Part shown: in pieces, positions 9,481 through 19,522 of the stretch
Layout: each line of letters begins with the position of its first letter
How positions within the stretch are numbered: the first letter of the stretch is position 1
Assembly (NCBI GenBank): GCA_963706955.1
Contig: CAVPOC010000001.1
Location: forward strand, 1-64,000
Reading direction: 5' to 3'
Source: an uncultured Verrucomicrobiae bacterium
GTDB lineage: Bacteria; Verrucomicrobiota; Verrucomicrobiia; Chthoniobacterales; Terrimicrobiaceae
Length of the DNA: 64,000 nucleotides
Program-made: the position numbers and the translations under genes
Notes under the pieces: model-generated
Told to the model about the DNA's origin: nothing
The model's database searches: none
What the model saw: the letters and a program-made list of their open reading frames with translations, nothing else

Positions 9481-11080
9481 CCAAGCGAGGGTCCGATGCT
9501 CCGCACAACGTGCCGAGCTTGGGATCGATGGCCACGGCCTGAGCACTGCCCTTGAAACTGCGCGCGAATTCATGGGGTTGAATCCAGTCCGCGGGCACCT
9601 CCTCGCCGGGGATGATCTGGTGCCCCATCGAAGCGAGTCGGTCGATCAGCTCGGCGGCAAAAGTCTGCTCCGCGGAAATGCGCAATCCGCCGAGCGCGCG
9701 GACTCTCGGCGCATCGATCGCCTCCTGCAAATTCATCCCGCGGTCGATCAGGTTGAGCAGGATCTGCACCTGACCCTGAGGCTGCATGTTCGCTCCGACG
9801 CAGCCGAGAGTGAGACGTAAATCATCGCCCTGAAAAACCATGGCCGGCAGAATGCTGTGCCGTGGCCGCTTCCTCGAAGACACCTCATTGGGATGTCCCG
9901 GTTCGAGAGAGAATTCTGCCGCCCGGTTGTGCAGCAGAATTCCGGTATCTCCGGCGACCATGCCGGAACCAAACATGTCGGAGAGACTGGTGATGAACGA
10001 GACCGCGTTGCGATTCTTGTCGACGATCGTGAAATAGGTGGTGTCTCCGCGGAGACTGCCGGCGGTGGGCGCGGCCAACGCTTTGTCCAACTGGATAAGT
10101 TCGCGGCGCGAGGCAATGAACGGCTCGGAAAGCAATCTCTCAACCTCCACCTCGTGAAAGTGGGGGTCCCCGACGTAGCGCAAGGCATCAGCGAAACTCA
10201 GCTTGAGCGATTCAAGGATGAGGTGCTCAACGATCGCAGGGTCACTTTGCGAAAGCGCGGCAATATCGAACCCGGCGAGAATTCGCAGGGCGAGAAGAAC
10301 GATCAGTCCTTGACCGTTTGGAGGCATTTCCATCACCCGATGACCGCGATAATCGACTGAAATTGGTTCGATCCATTCGCAGTGCTGTGCAGCGAGATCG
10401 GAGGTCGTCAGATAGCCGCCACCCGCATCGGAGGCGGTGACGATCTTTTGGGCAAACTCGCCTTCGTAAAACAACTGGCGCCCGTGCTTTCCCAATTCCC
10501 GCCACGTCCGGGCCAGTTTCGGCTGTCGAAAGATCTCACCGGGTTTCGGTGGCTGCCCGCCAACGAGGTATTGTTCCATCGACTCTTTCGAGAGTCGTAA
10601 TTTCGATGCGCCCCATCTCCAGAATTGAGCGGCCTTCTGGCTGACAGCGACGCCCTCGTCGGCGTAGCAGGCCGCGGGTTCCACCAGGTCCGCGAATCTT
10701 TTCGATCCGAAGCGTTCGTGTAACGCAAAATAGCCGTCGGCGGCACCGGGCACTGAGACGCTTCCCCAGCCAGCCTGAGGCATATGCTTCCAGCCCGCCT
10801 TTCGCAATGCCTCTGCGGTCATTGCTTGACCGGCACGTCCGCTGGCATTCAAGCCGTGCAGTTTTCCCTGCCAAAAAACCATCACGAAAGTGTCGCCGCC
10901 CAATCCGTTCATCATCGGCTCGGTGATATTGAGCATCGCCGCCATGGCGATGGCGGCATCAACCGCGTTGCCACCCACCTTGAGGGTTTGCAGGCCTATC
11001 TGGGTCGCCAGCGGCTGGCTTGAGGCAACCATGCCATGGGTGGCATAGGTCGGAGCGCGACGTGAATGAAACGTTTCCAT
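9458..11080 (-). CDS. ggt: Gamma-glutamyltransferase family protein
   Basis: GMVASSQPLA, GGNAVDAAIA, GLGGD, autocleavage site GD|TTYF, KRPRHSILP, ASDPRLDG. Confidence 0.92.
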   Translation of the reverse strand: METFHSRRAPTYATHGMVASSQPLATQIGLQTLKVGGNAVDAAIAMAAMLNITEPMMNGLGGDTFVMVFWQGKLHGLNASGRAGQAMTAEALRKAGWKHMPQAGWGSVSVPGAADGYFALHERFGSKRFADLVEPAACYADEGVAVSQKAAQFWRWGASKLRLSKESMEQYLVGGQPPKPGEIFRQPKLARTWRELGKHGRQLFYEGEFAQKIVTASDAGGGYLTTSDLAAQHCEWIEPISVDYRGHRVMEMPPNGQGLIVLLALRILAGFDIAALSQSDPAIVEHLILESLKLSFADALRYVGDPHFHEVEVERLLSEPFIASRRELIQLDKALAAPTAGSLRGDTTYFTIVDKNRNAVSFITSLSDMFGSGMVAGDTGILLHNRAAEFSLEPGHPNEVSSRKRPRHSILPAMVFQGDDLRLTLGCVGANMQPQGQVQILLNLIDRGMNLQEAIDAPRVRALGGLRISAEQTFAAELIDRLASMGHQIIPGEEVPADWIQPHEFARSFKGSAQAVAIDPKLGTLCGASDPRLDGVAIGY

Positions 11081-11185
11081 ATGAAAAGCCCTCTGCTTTT
11101 CGCAGATACCATCGTGCCTAAGCGCCGCGGAAATGACAAGTTGCGCGCAACTCCCGACGGCAAGCTTGCATTTTTCCTAAACCGA

Positions 11186-11710
11186 TTAAAGGAAGCGATG
11201 CATTACGAATGCGTCCACCTCCCCGAGCTTAGCGTGCCGGAAGACCTTTGGAAGTGTTCCCACAATGCGAAAGCCATGCTTCTTCCATAAGGCGATCGCC
11301 GCCTCATTTGTGCTCACCACCATGTTGAATTGCATTGCCGCGAAGCCAAGCCGTCGCGCCTGATCAAGCGAGTGCGCACACATCAACGAGCCAATGCCGC
11401 GACCGCGTCCGCTCGAGGCCACCATGTAACTGGCGTTCGCCACATGCGACCCGAGGCCGGGTTGATTCTGCTTTAAGATGTACGTTCCGCAAACTTGGCT
11501 GCCGTTAAGCGCAACAAAGGTGTGCGCCTCCGGAGAAAGCCAGTAACTTAGCGCTTGGTCACGAGTTGTCTTAGGATCGAACACGTAGGTGTCGCCAGCG
11601 GCGACGACTTCCTGAAAAATCTGCCAAATTTGCTCACTGTGAGCATCCGTGGCGGGAATGATCTTAAGTGCGTTCAGTTTGTAAGCATTCATTTCTAACC
11701 ACCGGTGCAA
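11186..11710 (-). CDS. GNAT N-acetyltransferase
   Basis: HVANASYMV..GRGRGIG, MQFNMVVSTNEAA. Confidence 0.88.
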   Translation of the reverse strand: MHRWLEMNAYKLNALKIIPATDAHSEQIWQIFQEVVAAGDTYVFDPKTTRDQALSYWLSPEAHTFVALNGSQVCGTYILKQNQPGLGSHVANASYMVASSGRGRGIGSLMCAHSLDQARRLGFAAMQFNMVVSTNEAAIALWKKHGFRIVGTLPKVFRHAKLGEVDAFVMHRFL

Positions 11711-11726
11711 CCGTTGAACCTCATGT

Positions 11727-11786
11727 GTAGCGGCGGCGTCCCGACCGCCGGGAGAACCTTTTCGGCAGTGGGGACACGGCCGCTAC
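11727..11786. repeat. GTAG-type REP/REPIN-like palindrome, copy 1
   Basis: GTAGCGGC...GTCCC loop GGGAC...GCCGCTAC; the 18-nt arm at 11769-11786 is the exact reverse complement of 21832-21849. Confidence 0.65.
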
Positions 11787-12004
11787 CACCAGCCTGGTTC
11801 CACTTTATCACTCTTGCATAGATGGCAGCCGGTCGGCCTGAATGTCCATCTCCGTTGTCTCGATTGGCTCGACCGTTAAGCCCCTTGAGGCTCGGATGGT
11901 GTAACGCCAGAGGTTCACAATGGGAAAAGGAAAACAATTAGCAGTCTCGCGGGGTGGCAGCGATTGATCGACACGGCTGATCGGCTCCAGTAATTTCGCG
12001 CGAT

Positions 12005-13938
12005 ATGTTGGCGCGTGTCTTTTCGGCAGCTCTTCAAGGCGTCGAGGCGATCCAGGTTGAAATCGAGGTCAATGCCGGCTCCGGTGACCCGGCGATTGTT
12101 CTGGTGGGGTTACCGGATGCCGCGGTGCGCGAGAGCAAGGATCGAGTGACCACCGCCATCGCCAACAGCGGCTTTCGTTGGCCAAGATCCCGCACTACGG
12201 TCAACCTCGCTCCCGCGGATTTGAAGAAGGAGGGACCGAGCTTTGACCTCCCGATTGCCGTCGGCATGATCGCCGTGACCGAAGGCGCCGACATGCCGCG
12301 GTTGGCGCGTTGCCTGATGGCGGGAGAGCTTGCGCTCAATGGAGAAGTTCGTCCGATCAAGGGAGTCTTGCCGATCGCGATTGAGGCGCGGCGTCAGCGA
12401 AAGAAAGCGGTGATTGTGCCGAAGGCCAATGTGCGCGAAGCCGCCGTCGTCGAGGGGATCGAGGTCTATGGCGTTAGCAACCTGCGGGAGACCTTCGAAT
12501 TCCTTGCACAGCAGCGCGAACTTCAGTTCTCCACCGAGGCGTTCGATTTTACCAAGAACGGAAACGAGGAGTTGGATTTCGCGGAAGTGAAAGGACAACA
12601 CCTCGTCAAGCGCGCCATCGAGGTTGCTGTGGCCGGAAACCACGCCCTGCTGCTGATCGGGCCGCCGGGGAGCGGGAAGTCAATGTTGTCCAAACGGATC
12701 GCGACCATCATGCCGCCCATGACCATCGAGGAGGCAATTGAGACGACCAAGATCCATAGCATTTGCGGGCTGCTCGATGATGGCAATTCCTTCTGCACGC
12801 ACCGGCCGTTCCGCGCGCCGCACCATACGATTTCCGACGTGGGCCTTATCGGCGGTTCGACCAACCCGACGCCAGGCGAGATCAGTCTGGCACACAATGG
12901 GGTGCTCTTTCTCGACGAGTTACCCGAATTCAAACGCTCCACGCTCGAGGTCCTCCGGCAACCGCTCGAAGATCGAAAGGTGACCGTCAGTCGCGCCGCA
13001 GGCACGATGACATTCCCGGCCAATGTCATGCTCGTGGCGGCGATGAATCCATGTGCTTGCGGATATTTCGGTGACCCAAAGCGGGAATGCCGCTGTTCGC
13101 CCAAGCAGGTGGAAAATTACCGCAACCGCATCTCCGGACCGCTCCTCGATCGCGTCGATATTCATGTCGAAGCTCCCGCTGTCGAATACAAGGAGCTGAG
13201 CAGCGACGAGCCGGCGGAATCGTCACAAGCGATTCGGGAGCGCGTGCTCGCCGCGCGCAAACTCCAGCAGGAGCGCTTCGCAGGTAAGCCAAAATGCCGC
13301 GCCAACGCCGAGATGACTCATGGCCTTTTGAAGACCCATTGCAAGCTGGAGGCAGAGGGCCGCGAACTTCTCCACCGCGCGATGGAAGAGCTCCACCTGA
13401 GTGCGAGAGCTTATGATCGCATCCTAATGTCATGCTCGTGGCGGCGATGAATCCATGTGCTTGTGGATATTTCGGTGATCCAAAGCGGGAATGCCGCTGT
13501 TCGCCCAAGCAGGTGGAAAATTACCGCAACCGCATCTCCGGACCGCTCCTCGATCGCGTCGATATTCATGTCGAAGCTCCCGCTGTCGAATACAAGGAGC
13601 TGAGCAGCGACGAGCCGGCGGAATCGTCAAATGCGATTCGGGAGCGCGTGCTCGCCGCGCGCAAACTCCAGCAGGAGCGCTTCGCAGGTAAGCCAAAATG
13701 CCGCGCCAACGCCGAGATGACTCACGGCCTTTTGAAGACCCATTGCAAGCTGGAGGCAGAGGGCCGCGAGTTTCTCCACCGCGCGATGGAAGAACTCCAT
13801 CTGAGCGCCAGAGCTTATGATCGCATCCTCAAGGTCGCGCGCACGATTGCCGACCTCGCCGGAAGCAGGGCTATCCGCCCTCCGCACGTCCTGGAGGCGA
13901 TTCAATATCGCACGCTTGACAGAAATCTTTGGCATTGA
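12005..13938 (+). CDS. comM: YifB/ComM Mg-chelatase-like AAA+ ATPase, interrupted by a 404-bp tandem duplication
   Basis: [77 protein letters not shown]. Confidence 0.92.
13022..13829 (+). repeat. Tandem duplication, 2 x 404 bp (13022-13425, 13426-13829)
   Basis: Manual alignment gives 11 substitutions, 8 of them synonymous. Confidence 0.95.
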
Positions 13939-13950
13939 GTTGCACGCTTC

Positions 13951-13974
13951 AATATTCAAGTCCTGACCCCTTTT
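13951..13974. repeat. Left arm of a 24-bp inverted repeat (partner at 15301-15324)
   Basis: AATATTCAAGTCCTGACCCCTTTT versus the reverse complement of AAAAGGGGTCAGGACTTGACTATT, 23/24 identical. Confidence 0.85.
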
Positions 13975-13985
13975 CCTTTGCGATC

Positions 13986-14035
13986 CGCGATTGAGGCGCG
14001 GCGTCACCGAAAGAAAGCGGTGATTGTGCCGAAGG
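13986..14035 (+). repeat. 50-bp displaced copy of internal comM sequence (12376-12425)
   Basis: CGCGATTGAGGCGCGGCGTCA(C/G)CGAAAGAAAGCGGTGATTGTGCCGAAGG, 49/50 identical. Confidence 0.9.
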
Positions 14036-14325
14036 AATTGCTCAGTTTGTGGCCATCACATCAAACCTCAGAGCCTTATCTCGATACTCAGAAGCTGCCG
14101 CGATCAATCCTGGGTCAACCTCGATGAAAGCGGCCACGCGTCTGGAGCTGGTTTGACGCTCAGGTCTTGGCCCCCTGCTCACGTCGAGGCGGCCCGGGGA
14201 CGGCGTGGAACGACGCGTACCCGTCCAGGGTACTCGTTAACTTGCCCAGTCGACTGAGACCGCAGACGCCGAGCCAGAGCTTTTGCTCGAAGAGCTCGGC
14301 CGGGGCGACGTGCAGTTGGACTGGA

Positions 14326-14390
14326 AATACGCAGTAAGTACGCCCATTGGCGAAATTCGCCCTTGAAGCCGTGCTCCGTTTGCCGATTGC
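14326..14390 (-). repeat. Dispersed 'GFKGDFRQWEHLLRI' element, copy A
   Basis: Minus strand translates GFKGEFRQWAYLLRI. Confidence 0.7.
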
Positions 14391-14435
14391 TAGCGGGAAT
14401 CCAGCCTGCTAAAGTAAATATAGGTCGTTGCCACC

Positions 14436-15022
14436 ATGGAAACAGTGCTATCGATTTTAGTATCGATTCTCGCAATTCCGATAGCACTGACGATTTATGC
14501 CATACCTGTTGGGGTTTTGCCGCGCTTATCGCCAGTGGGTCCGATAAGTGGGAGTCTGAGGAGCAGGCGCAGTACGAGCGTTTTAATCCGCATGTTAAGC
14601 CCGTCCGCGAGGTCCATCACAAGGAGTTGGCACCGCCGCAAGAAATAAAGACAACGCTGACGATAATCAAAAGCCCTGAAAAGGCTGCGGTGTCTGGCCG
14701 TCATCCCGGCAAAATAACCCTTGTCAGTAGTGTCATGGTAAAAACGCCATACTGGTGCCAGGAAAATCAGTCGGGCGAGGAGGCTCTGAAAATCATGCTC
14801 GACCACGGGCTTCCATATCTGCCCGTTTTGGACAGCAATCTACGGGTCGTAGGTGTGGTGAGGCTGATAGATCTCATGCGAAGCAGGGAACAAAAAGACC
14901 CTCCACAATCAGGGGGAATAAAGGTTTTCAATCGCCAATCCGCAAGAGGGGCTCCCATTGGCGAAAGTCGCTTAAACCCCAGGCTCTCGGGCAATCTGAA
15001 AGGTTCAGATGTGTTAAGATGA
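14436..15022 (+). CDS. Small protein with N-terminal hydrophobic segment and C-terminal CBS domain (frameshift near 14515; true stop may be near 14921)
   Basis: METVLSILVSILAIPIALTIY.. then VSSVMVKTPYWC..EEALKIMLDHGLPYLPVLDSNLRVVGVVRLIDL. Confidence 0.6.
14928..15004 (-). repeat. Dispersed element, copy B
   Basis: TFQIA-ESLGFK-DFRQWEPLLRIGD* with small indels. Confidence 0.75.
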
Positions 15023-15300
15023 GAGGCAGGACGCACTCCAAAAAGACGAGTGGAATGCCGGTTCCCCGTGCCTTGAACCGCGCGTCGCGCCTCTCATTTT
15101 TGCCTAGAGATTCGGTTACTTGAGCTTTTGCTCGAACTGGGCGAGGGCCTGTTCGGCAACATCGAGCTTCTTCGCGATATATGCTTTTACACGGGGAAGT
15201 CCTCGATGGCGGCCTGAAGGCGGGCGACCTCATGGTAGTTTGGTCCGTGCGGGATCGCTGGGTTGCCCCAATCTTCAATAAGACAACGAGAACAAAAAAC

Positions 15301-15324
15301 AAAAGGGGTCAGGACTTGACTATT
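15301..15324. repeat. Right arm of the 24-bp inverted repeat
   Basis: See 13951-13974. Confidence 0.85.
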
Positions 15325-15552
15325 GAACGTTTGGTCCATTATGTGAGGCAAAGGGACGCCGCGGCAAGGAAGCTACAGCGTCTCTGGGGCCTGGCCACGG
15401 TGTGATGTTGGACTCCGATTAGGCTGACGGGCTCGTGTTTGATGCGAAACTAATCCGCTGGGTCGGCGCGTTTCCCGAGATCACACGCTGAGCCTGCCAC
15501 GACGAGGATGTGCCGCTTGCCATCATCAAGAGGCGAGAGCTACAATGATGGT

Positions 15553-16134
15553 ATGCGAATATTTCTTGCCGGCGCCTCCGGCGTGCTTGGGCAGCGGCTG
15601 ATTCCCCGGTTGGTCCAGGACGGGCACGTCGTCGGCGGCCTGACGCGGTCGTCGAGTAAAACGGAGTTACTAAGTCACCTCGGTGCCGAACCGATTCTCT
15701 GTGACGTCTTCGACCGGGATGCACTCATCCAGGCGGTTCAAGACTTCAAACCGGACGTCGTGCTGAACGAGCTGACTGATCTGCCGGATGATGCGGCGCA
15801 GATCAGTAAACTCGCAGATCTGAACGCTCGCATCCGAACCGAGGGAAATCGAAACTTGATCGAGGCCGCGCGGCGGAGCGGGTCGCCGAAAATCCTGGCT
15901 CAAAGCCTCGCCTGGCAATTGCCTGATGGGCCCGATGCCCAGGCTGTCGCAGAACTGGAGCGTTCCGTTCTCGCCGAGGGCGGCGTTGTGCTGCGCTATG
16001 GACAGTTCTACGGGCCCGGCACTTATCACGAGCAGCAACCACCCGAGGAACCTCGGGTTCATATCGACCGAGCTGCCGAACGAACGGTGGAGGCGCTGGC
16101 CGAGCCAACGGGCGTCGTCGTCATTATCGACTGA
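15553..16134 (+). CDS. NAD-dependent epimerase/dehydratase family protein
   Basis: MRIFLAGASGVLG Rossmann motif, NARIRTEG, VLRYGQFYGPG. Confidence 0.85.
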   Translation: MRIFLAGASGVLGQRLIPRLVQDGHVVGGLTRSSSKTELLSHLGAEPILCDVFDRDALIQAVQDFKPDVVLNELTDLPDDAAQISKLADLNARIRTEGNRNLIEAARRSGSPKILAQSLAWQLPDGPDAQAVAELERSVLAEGGVVLRYGQFYGPGTYHEQQPPEEPRVHIDRAAERTVEALAEPTGVVVIID

Positions 16135-16379
16135 GCGCGCGATCGCGATCCGGCTCGCCGTCCAGAGGAGCTGAATTCGCGGATGGATGAGATCCTGGTC
16201 GACTACAACGAAGTTGTGGTCAATTAGCGATCAACAAGTCAGTGACCGCGCCGAAGTGACTGCAAAGTTAGTATCATCGCTCAGAATATTTTCTTGAGCT
16301 CATACTGTCGGCTATGTGCAACAATAATAGATGTAGGCCTGAATCCGCTGTTAGTCGCGCTCTCCGCGACGACCGTTGC

Positions 16380-17804
16380 TTACATCATGCCCAGCATTCG
16401 TGGGAGCCACAGCGATAAAGCCGGCCAATACGTTACGACCATGAGGAACGCGAGCAGCGCCACCAGCCAAGGCATTACCGCGACCGTCAATTCCGTGATT
16501 CCCATCTTGGCAATCCCGGAGGCAACATAAAGGTTGAGACCGACCGGCGGATGACACATGCCAATCTCCATGTTAAGCGTTATTAATACCCCAAAGTGGA
16601 CGGGATCGACACCAAGCTTAACGGCAACCGGAAACAAGATGGGGGCCAAAATCAATACAATGGAAGAAGGTTCCATCACATTACCCGCGACCAAAAGCAA
16701 CAGATTTACCAGGAGCAGGAATTGGAACGAGCTTAGTCCGGTGGAGGTGATCCAATGTCCCATACGCTGCGGAATATTCTCGTGCGACATTAGGAACGAG
16801 AACAGCACTGCATTAGTAATGATGTAGAGAAGCATCGCCGACATATTAGCTGAAACAAGCAATACTCTCGGAACATCTCTAAGCGGCAGGTCCTTGTAAA
16901 CGAAGACTGCAACAACAAACGCATAGACTGCGCTCATGGCTGCCGCTTCGGTCGGCGTAAAGATGCCGGAATAAATACCGCCAAGCACGATGACAATTAG
17001 CATGACGCCCCAAAAGCTTTCGCGTAAGGCCTGCCAGCGTTCCCGCCACCCGGCTCGCGGCATCCGCGGATAGTGGTTCCGCCACGCGCGATACCAGGCC
17101 ACGCCGCCGAGAATGAACGCCAGGACGATGCCGGGAACTATTCCGGCCATGAATAATTGTCCGACCGACGCAGACCCCACCGCCTTTCCCTCGGCGTTGG
17201 TGATCATCATCCCGCTGGTGGCAACACTATAGATGACCATGACAATGGATGGCGGGATCATGTTGCCGAGTGAACCGCCGATCGTGATCACGCCCGCAGC
17301 AAAGCGCTTGGGATAACCGTGCCTAAGCATCGCGGGAAGCATGATTGAACCGATAGCCGCAACGGTCGCCGGACTGGAACCCGAGACCGCCGAAAAAAGC
17401 GCCGCTGCCACGATCGCCGCCAGCGCCATTCCCCCACACCAATGCCCGACTATCGATGTGGCAAAATTAATCATGCGTCTGGCGACTCCGCCATAAGTCA
17501 GGAAATTCCCTGCCAAAATAAAGAATGGGATCGCCATGATTTCGAATCTCTCAATCCCGGTGAAGAGTTTCAGCGCCACCGATTCGACTGGGACCTTCGT
17601 CATGGTGACGAGAAAAGTTAGGACGGTCAGGCCCAGCGCGATGGAGATCGGCATTCCGGTCAGCATCAGCCCGATGAGCAATGCGAAGATCAGACCGACA
17701 CTGCCGAGCAGCGCGCTGGCGACCAGCAGCGCACCGATAGCCGCAAGCCACTGTGCCGCCCGCACTTTTGTCATGGGCTCCCAACCCATCGTCTGTGCGC
17801 TCAT
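16380..17804 (-). CDS. dctM: TRAP C4-dicarboxylate transporter large permease
   Basis: AIPFFILAG, SGSSPAT, IPPSIVMVIY, GIFTPTEAA, HPPVGLNLYV. Confidence 0.92.
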   Translation of the reverse strand: MSAQTMGWEPMTKVRAAQWLAAIGALLVASALLGSVGLIFALLIGLMLTGMPISIALGLTVLTFLVTMTKVPVESVALKLFTGIERFEIMAIPFFILAGNFLTYGGVARRMINFATSIVGHWCGGMALAAIVAAALFSAVSGSSPATVAAIGSIMLPAMLRHGYPKRFAAGVITIGGSLGNMIPPSIVMVIYSVATSGMMITNAEGKAVGSASVGQLFMAGIVPGIVLAFILGGVAWYRAWRNHYPRMPRAGWRERWQALRESFWGVMLIVIVLGGIYSGIFTPTEAAAMSAVYAFVVAVFVYKDLPLRDVPRVLLVSANMSAMLLYIITNAVLFSFLMSHENIPQRMGHWITSTGLSSFQFLLLVNLLLLVAGNVMEPSSIVLILAPILFPVAVKLGVDPVHFGVLITLNMEIGMCHPPVGLNLYVASGIAKMGITELTVAVMPWLVALLAFLMVVTYWPALSLWLPRMLGMM

Positions 17805-18367
17805 GGCACGCGTCCTGGCGGGGGCATTCGTTCTTCAACTCCCTCGATCTGGGACTCGCCATGATGGGGCAATTCCCCGGTGCGGACGAATCTCACCGCC
17901 ACTTGAATAAAGCGGAAGCACATCAAATACGAGCCGAGTGGGACCGCAAGATAAACCACCCACATCGGTATCTCGAGATCCGCGGAGACCTGGTCGGTAT
18001 GCGCCATTTGCCAAACAAAGCGCGCACCGAATGTGCCGACAACGCCAGTAAAAAGCGCGCCGCCGGCAAGTCCTAGGAGCACAGCTTTGCGATGCCACGC
18101 TGCAGGCAGGCGATTAATCAACACGTCCACGCCCACGTGAATCCCGGTGCGCACGCCGTAGGCCGCACCAAATTTAGCCATCCAGACGAACATGTAGATA
18201 CAGAGCTCCTGCGCCCAGCTCATGTTGATTTTCAAGAGCGCATCCTGCAACCCGGGGATCGGCCAGCCGGAAGCGTATCTCTGCACGACGGCGACGAAGA
18301 TCACTACTGTCGCCGCTCCCATCAGCGAAGCGATTAGCCATTCCTCCAAGCGATCAAGAAATTTCAT
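17801..18367 (-). CDS. dctQ: TRAP transporter small permease
   Basis: WAQELCIYMFVWMAKFGAAYGVRTGIHVGVD. Confidence 0.92.
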   Translation of the reverse strand: MKFLDRLEEWLIASLMGAATVVIFVAVVQRYASGWPIPGLQDALLKINMSWAQELCIYMFVWMAKFGAAYGVRTGIHVGVDVLINRLPAAWHRKAVLLGLAGGALFTGVVGTFGARFVWQMAHTDQVSADLEIPMWVVYLAVPLGSYLMCFRFIQVAVRFVRTGELPHHGESQIEGVEERMPPPGRVP

Positions 18368-18448
18368 CTCGCCTCGCTTTTGAGATAGCCCTTGCGGCAC
18401 AAGAACGGCCACCGGAGCCCAAGCACGGTCGCCGCTCGAAGAGACATA

Positions 18449-19447
18449 CTAATTCGGTGTATAACCAGTTTCTTTGTAGATGGACTGGATCAAATCCTTA
18501 GGAATTCGTTCTTCGGCCTGCTGATGCACTTTCACCAGCACCCGCTTCAAATCCGCTTTCTCCTCCGGCGTGAGCGTGATGATCTGCGTCTTGCCCGACT
18601 CTTTCACCGCCTCGAATGCATCGTCGTTCTCCTTCTGAGCGATATCGTTGGCGTACTTAGTCGCTTCCTTCATCGCCTCTTCGAGCGACGTGCGAATATC
18701 CGCAGGAAGTCCCTCCCAAAACTTTCCGTTAACGATCACCGCGTACCCCAGATAACCGTGATCAGACAGCGTCAGATACTTCTGTACCTCATGCATTTTC
18801 TGAGTGTAGAAATTGGACACTGGATTTTCCGTGCCGTCGACCACGCCAGTCTGCAACGCCTGGTATACCTCGGAAAAAGCCATCACCTGCGGGTTAGCTC
18901 CCAAGGCACGCATCTGCATGTCAAGGACCTTGGAAGACTGGATACGCATCTTCAGTCCCTTGAAATCTGCCGGCTTCCTCAGGGGCTTGTTCGCGCTCAT
19001 TTGCTTGAAGCCGTTGTCCCAAAAGGCGAGCCCCAGAATACCTTTGCTTTCCAGTTTCTTCAGCAAACCCTGTCCGATTGGACCTTCCGTAATCTTATGC
19101 AGTTCTTCCTCGCTCTCGAAAAGATAAGGAAGGTCAAACACCTCAAATTCGCGGGTGCCCAGGGGACCGAACTTGGCGAGCGAGGGCGCCAGCATTTGCA
19201 CGGCGCCGATCTGCAGCGCTTCCAGTTCTTCCTTGTCCTTGTAAAGCTGGCTGTTCGGATAAACCTCTACCTTCACGCGGCCATTGGTTCGTTCTTCGGC
19301 CAGCTTTTTGAAGTATTCTGCCCCCTTCCCCTTCGGCGTATCCTGCGCCACAACATGGCTGAACTTGATCCCGATAGGTTGCTCCGCATACGCCAGTCCC
19401 GATAGGGTAAGCGCAGCCAGCCCGATAGCTAGATTGGATAGCTTCAT
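18449..19447 (-). CDS. dctP: TRAP transporter substrate-binding protein
   Basis: KFSHVVAQDTPKG, WDNGFKQMSANKP, GLKMRIQSS, GVVDGTEN; signal peptide. Confidence 0.93.
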   Translation of the reverse strand: MKLSNLAIGLAALTLSGLAYAEQPIGIKFSHVVAQDTPKGKGAEYFKKLAEERTNGRVKVEVYPNSQLYKDKEELEALQIGAVQMLAPSLAKFGPLGTREFEVFDLPYLFESEEELHKITEGPIGQGLLKKLESKGILGLAFWDNGFKQMSANKPLRKPADFKGLKMRIQSSKVLDMQMRALGANPQVMAFSEVYQALQTGVVDGTENPVSNFYTQKMHEVQKYLTLSDHGYLGYAVIVNGKFWEGLPADIRTSLEEAMKEATKYANDIAQKENDDAFEAVKESGKTQIITLTPEEKADLKRVLVKVHQQAEERIPKDLIQSIYKETGYTPN

Positions 19448-19522
19448 GACCCCTCCAGTGAGGCCGTAAGGGACACTGGTAGGGCCCGCTCTGTGTCCAC
19501 ACGAAACAACATTAACTGTGGG

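Noticed and set aside
12523..13696. Duplicated antisense ORFs ([10 protein letters not shown]..., MPLFAQAGG...)
   Set aside because: By-products of the comM tandem duplication
13022..13829. comM duplication as a DGR TR/VR pair
   Set aside because: Differences are mostly synonymous C/T changes, not adenine-specific, and no RT is present
18392..19405. Long antisense ORFs (e.g. opposite dctP, greA, the GT-C genes)
   Set aside because: Shadow ORFs of GC-rich coding strands with no recognisable motifs
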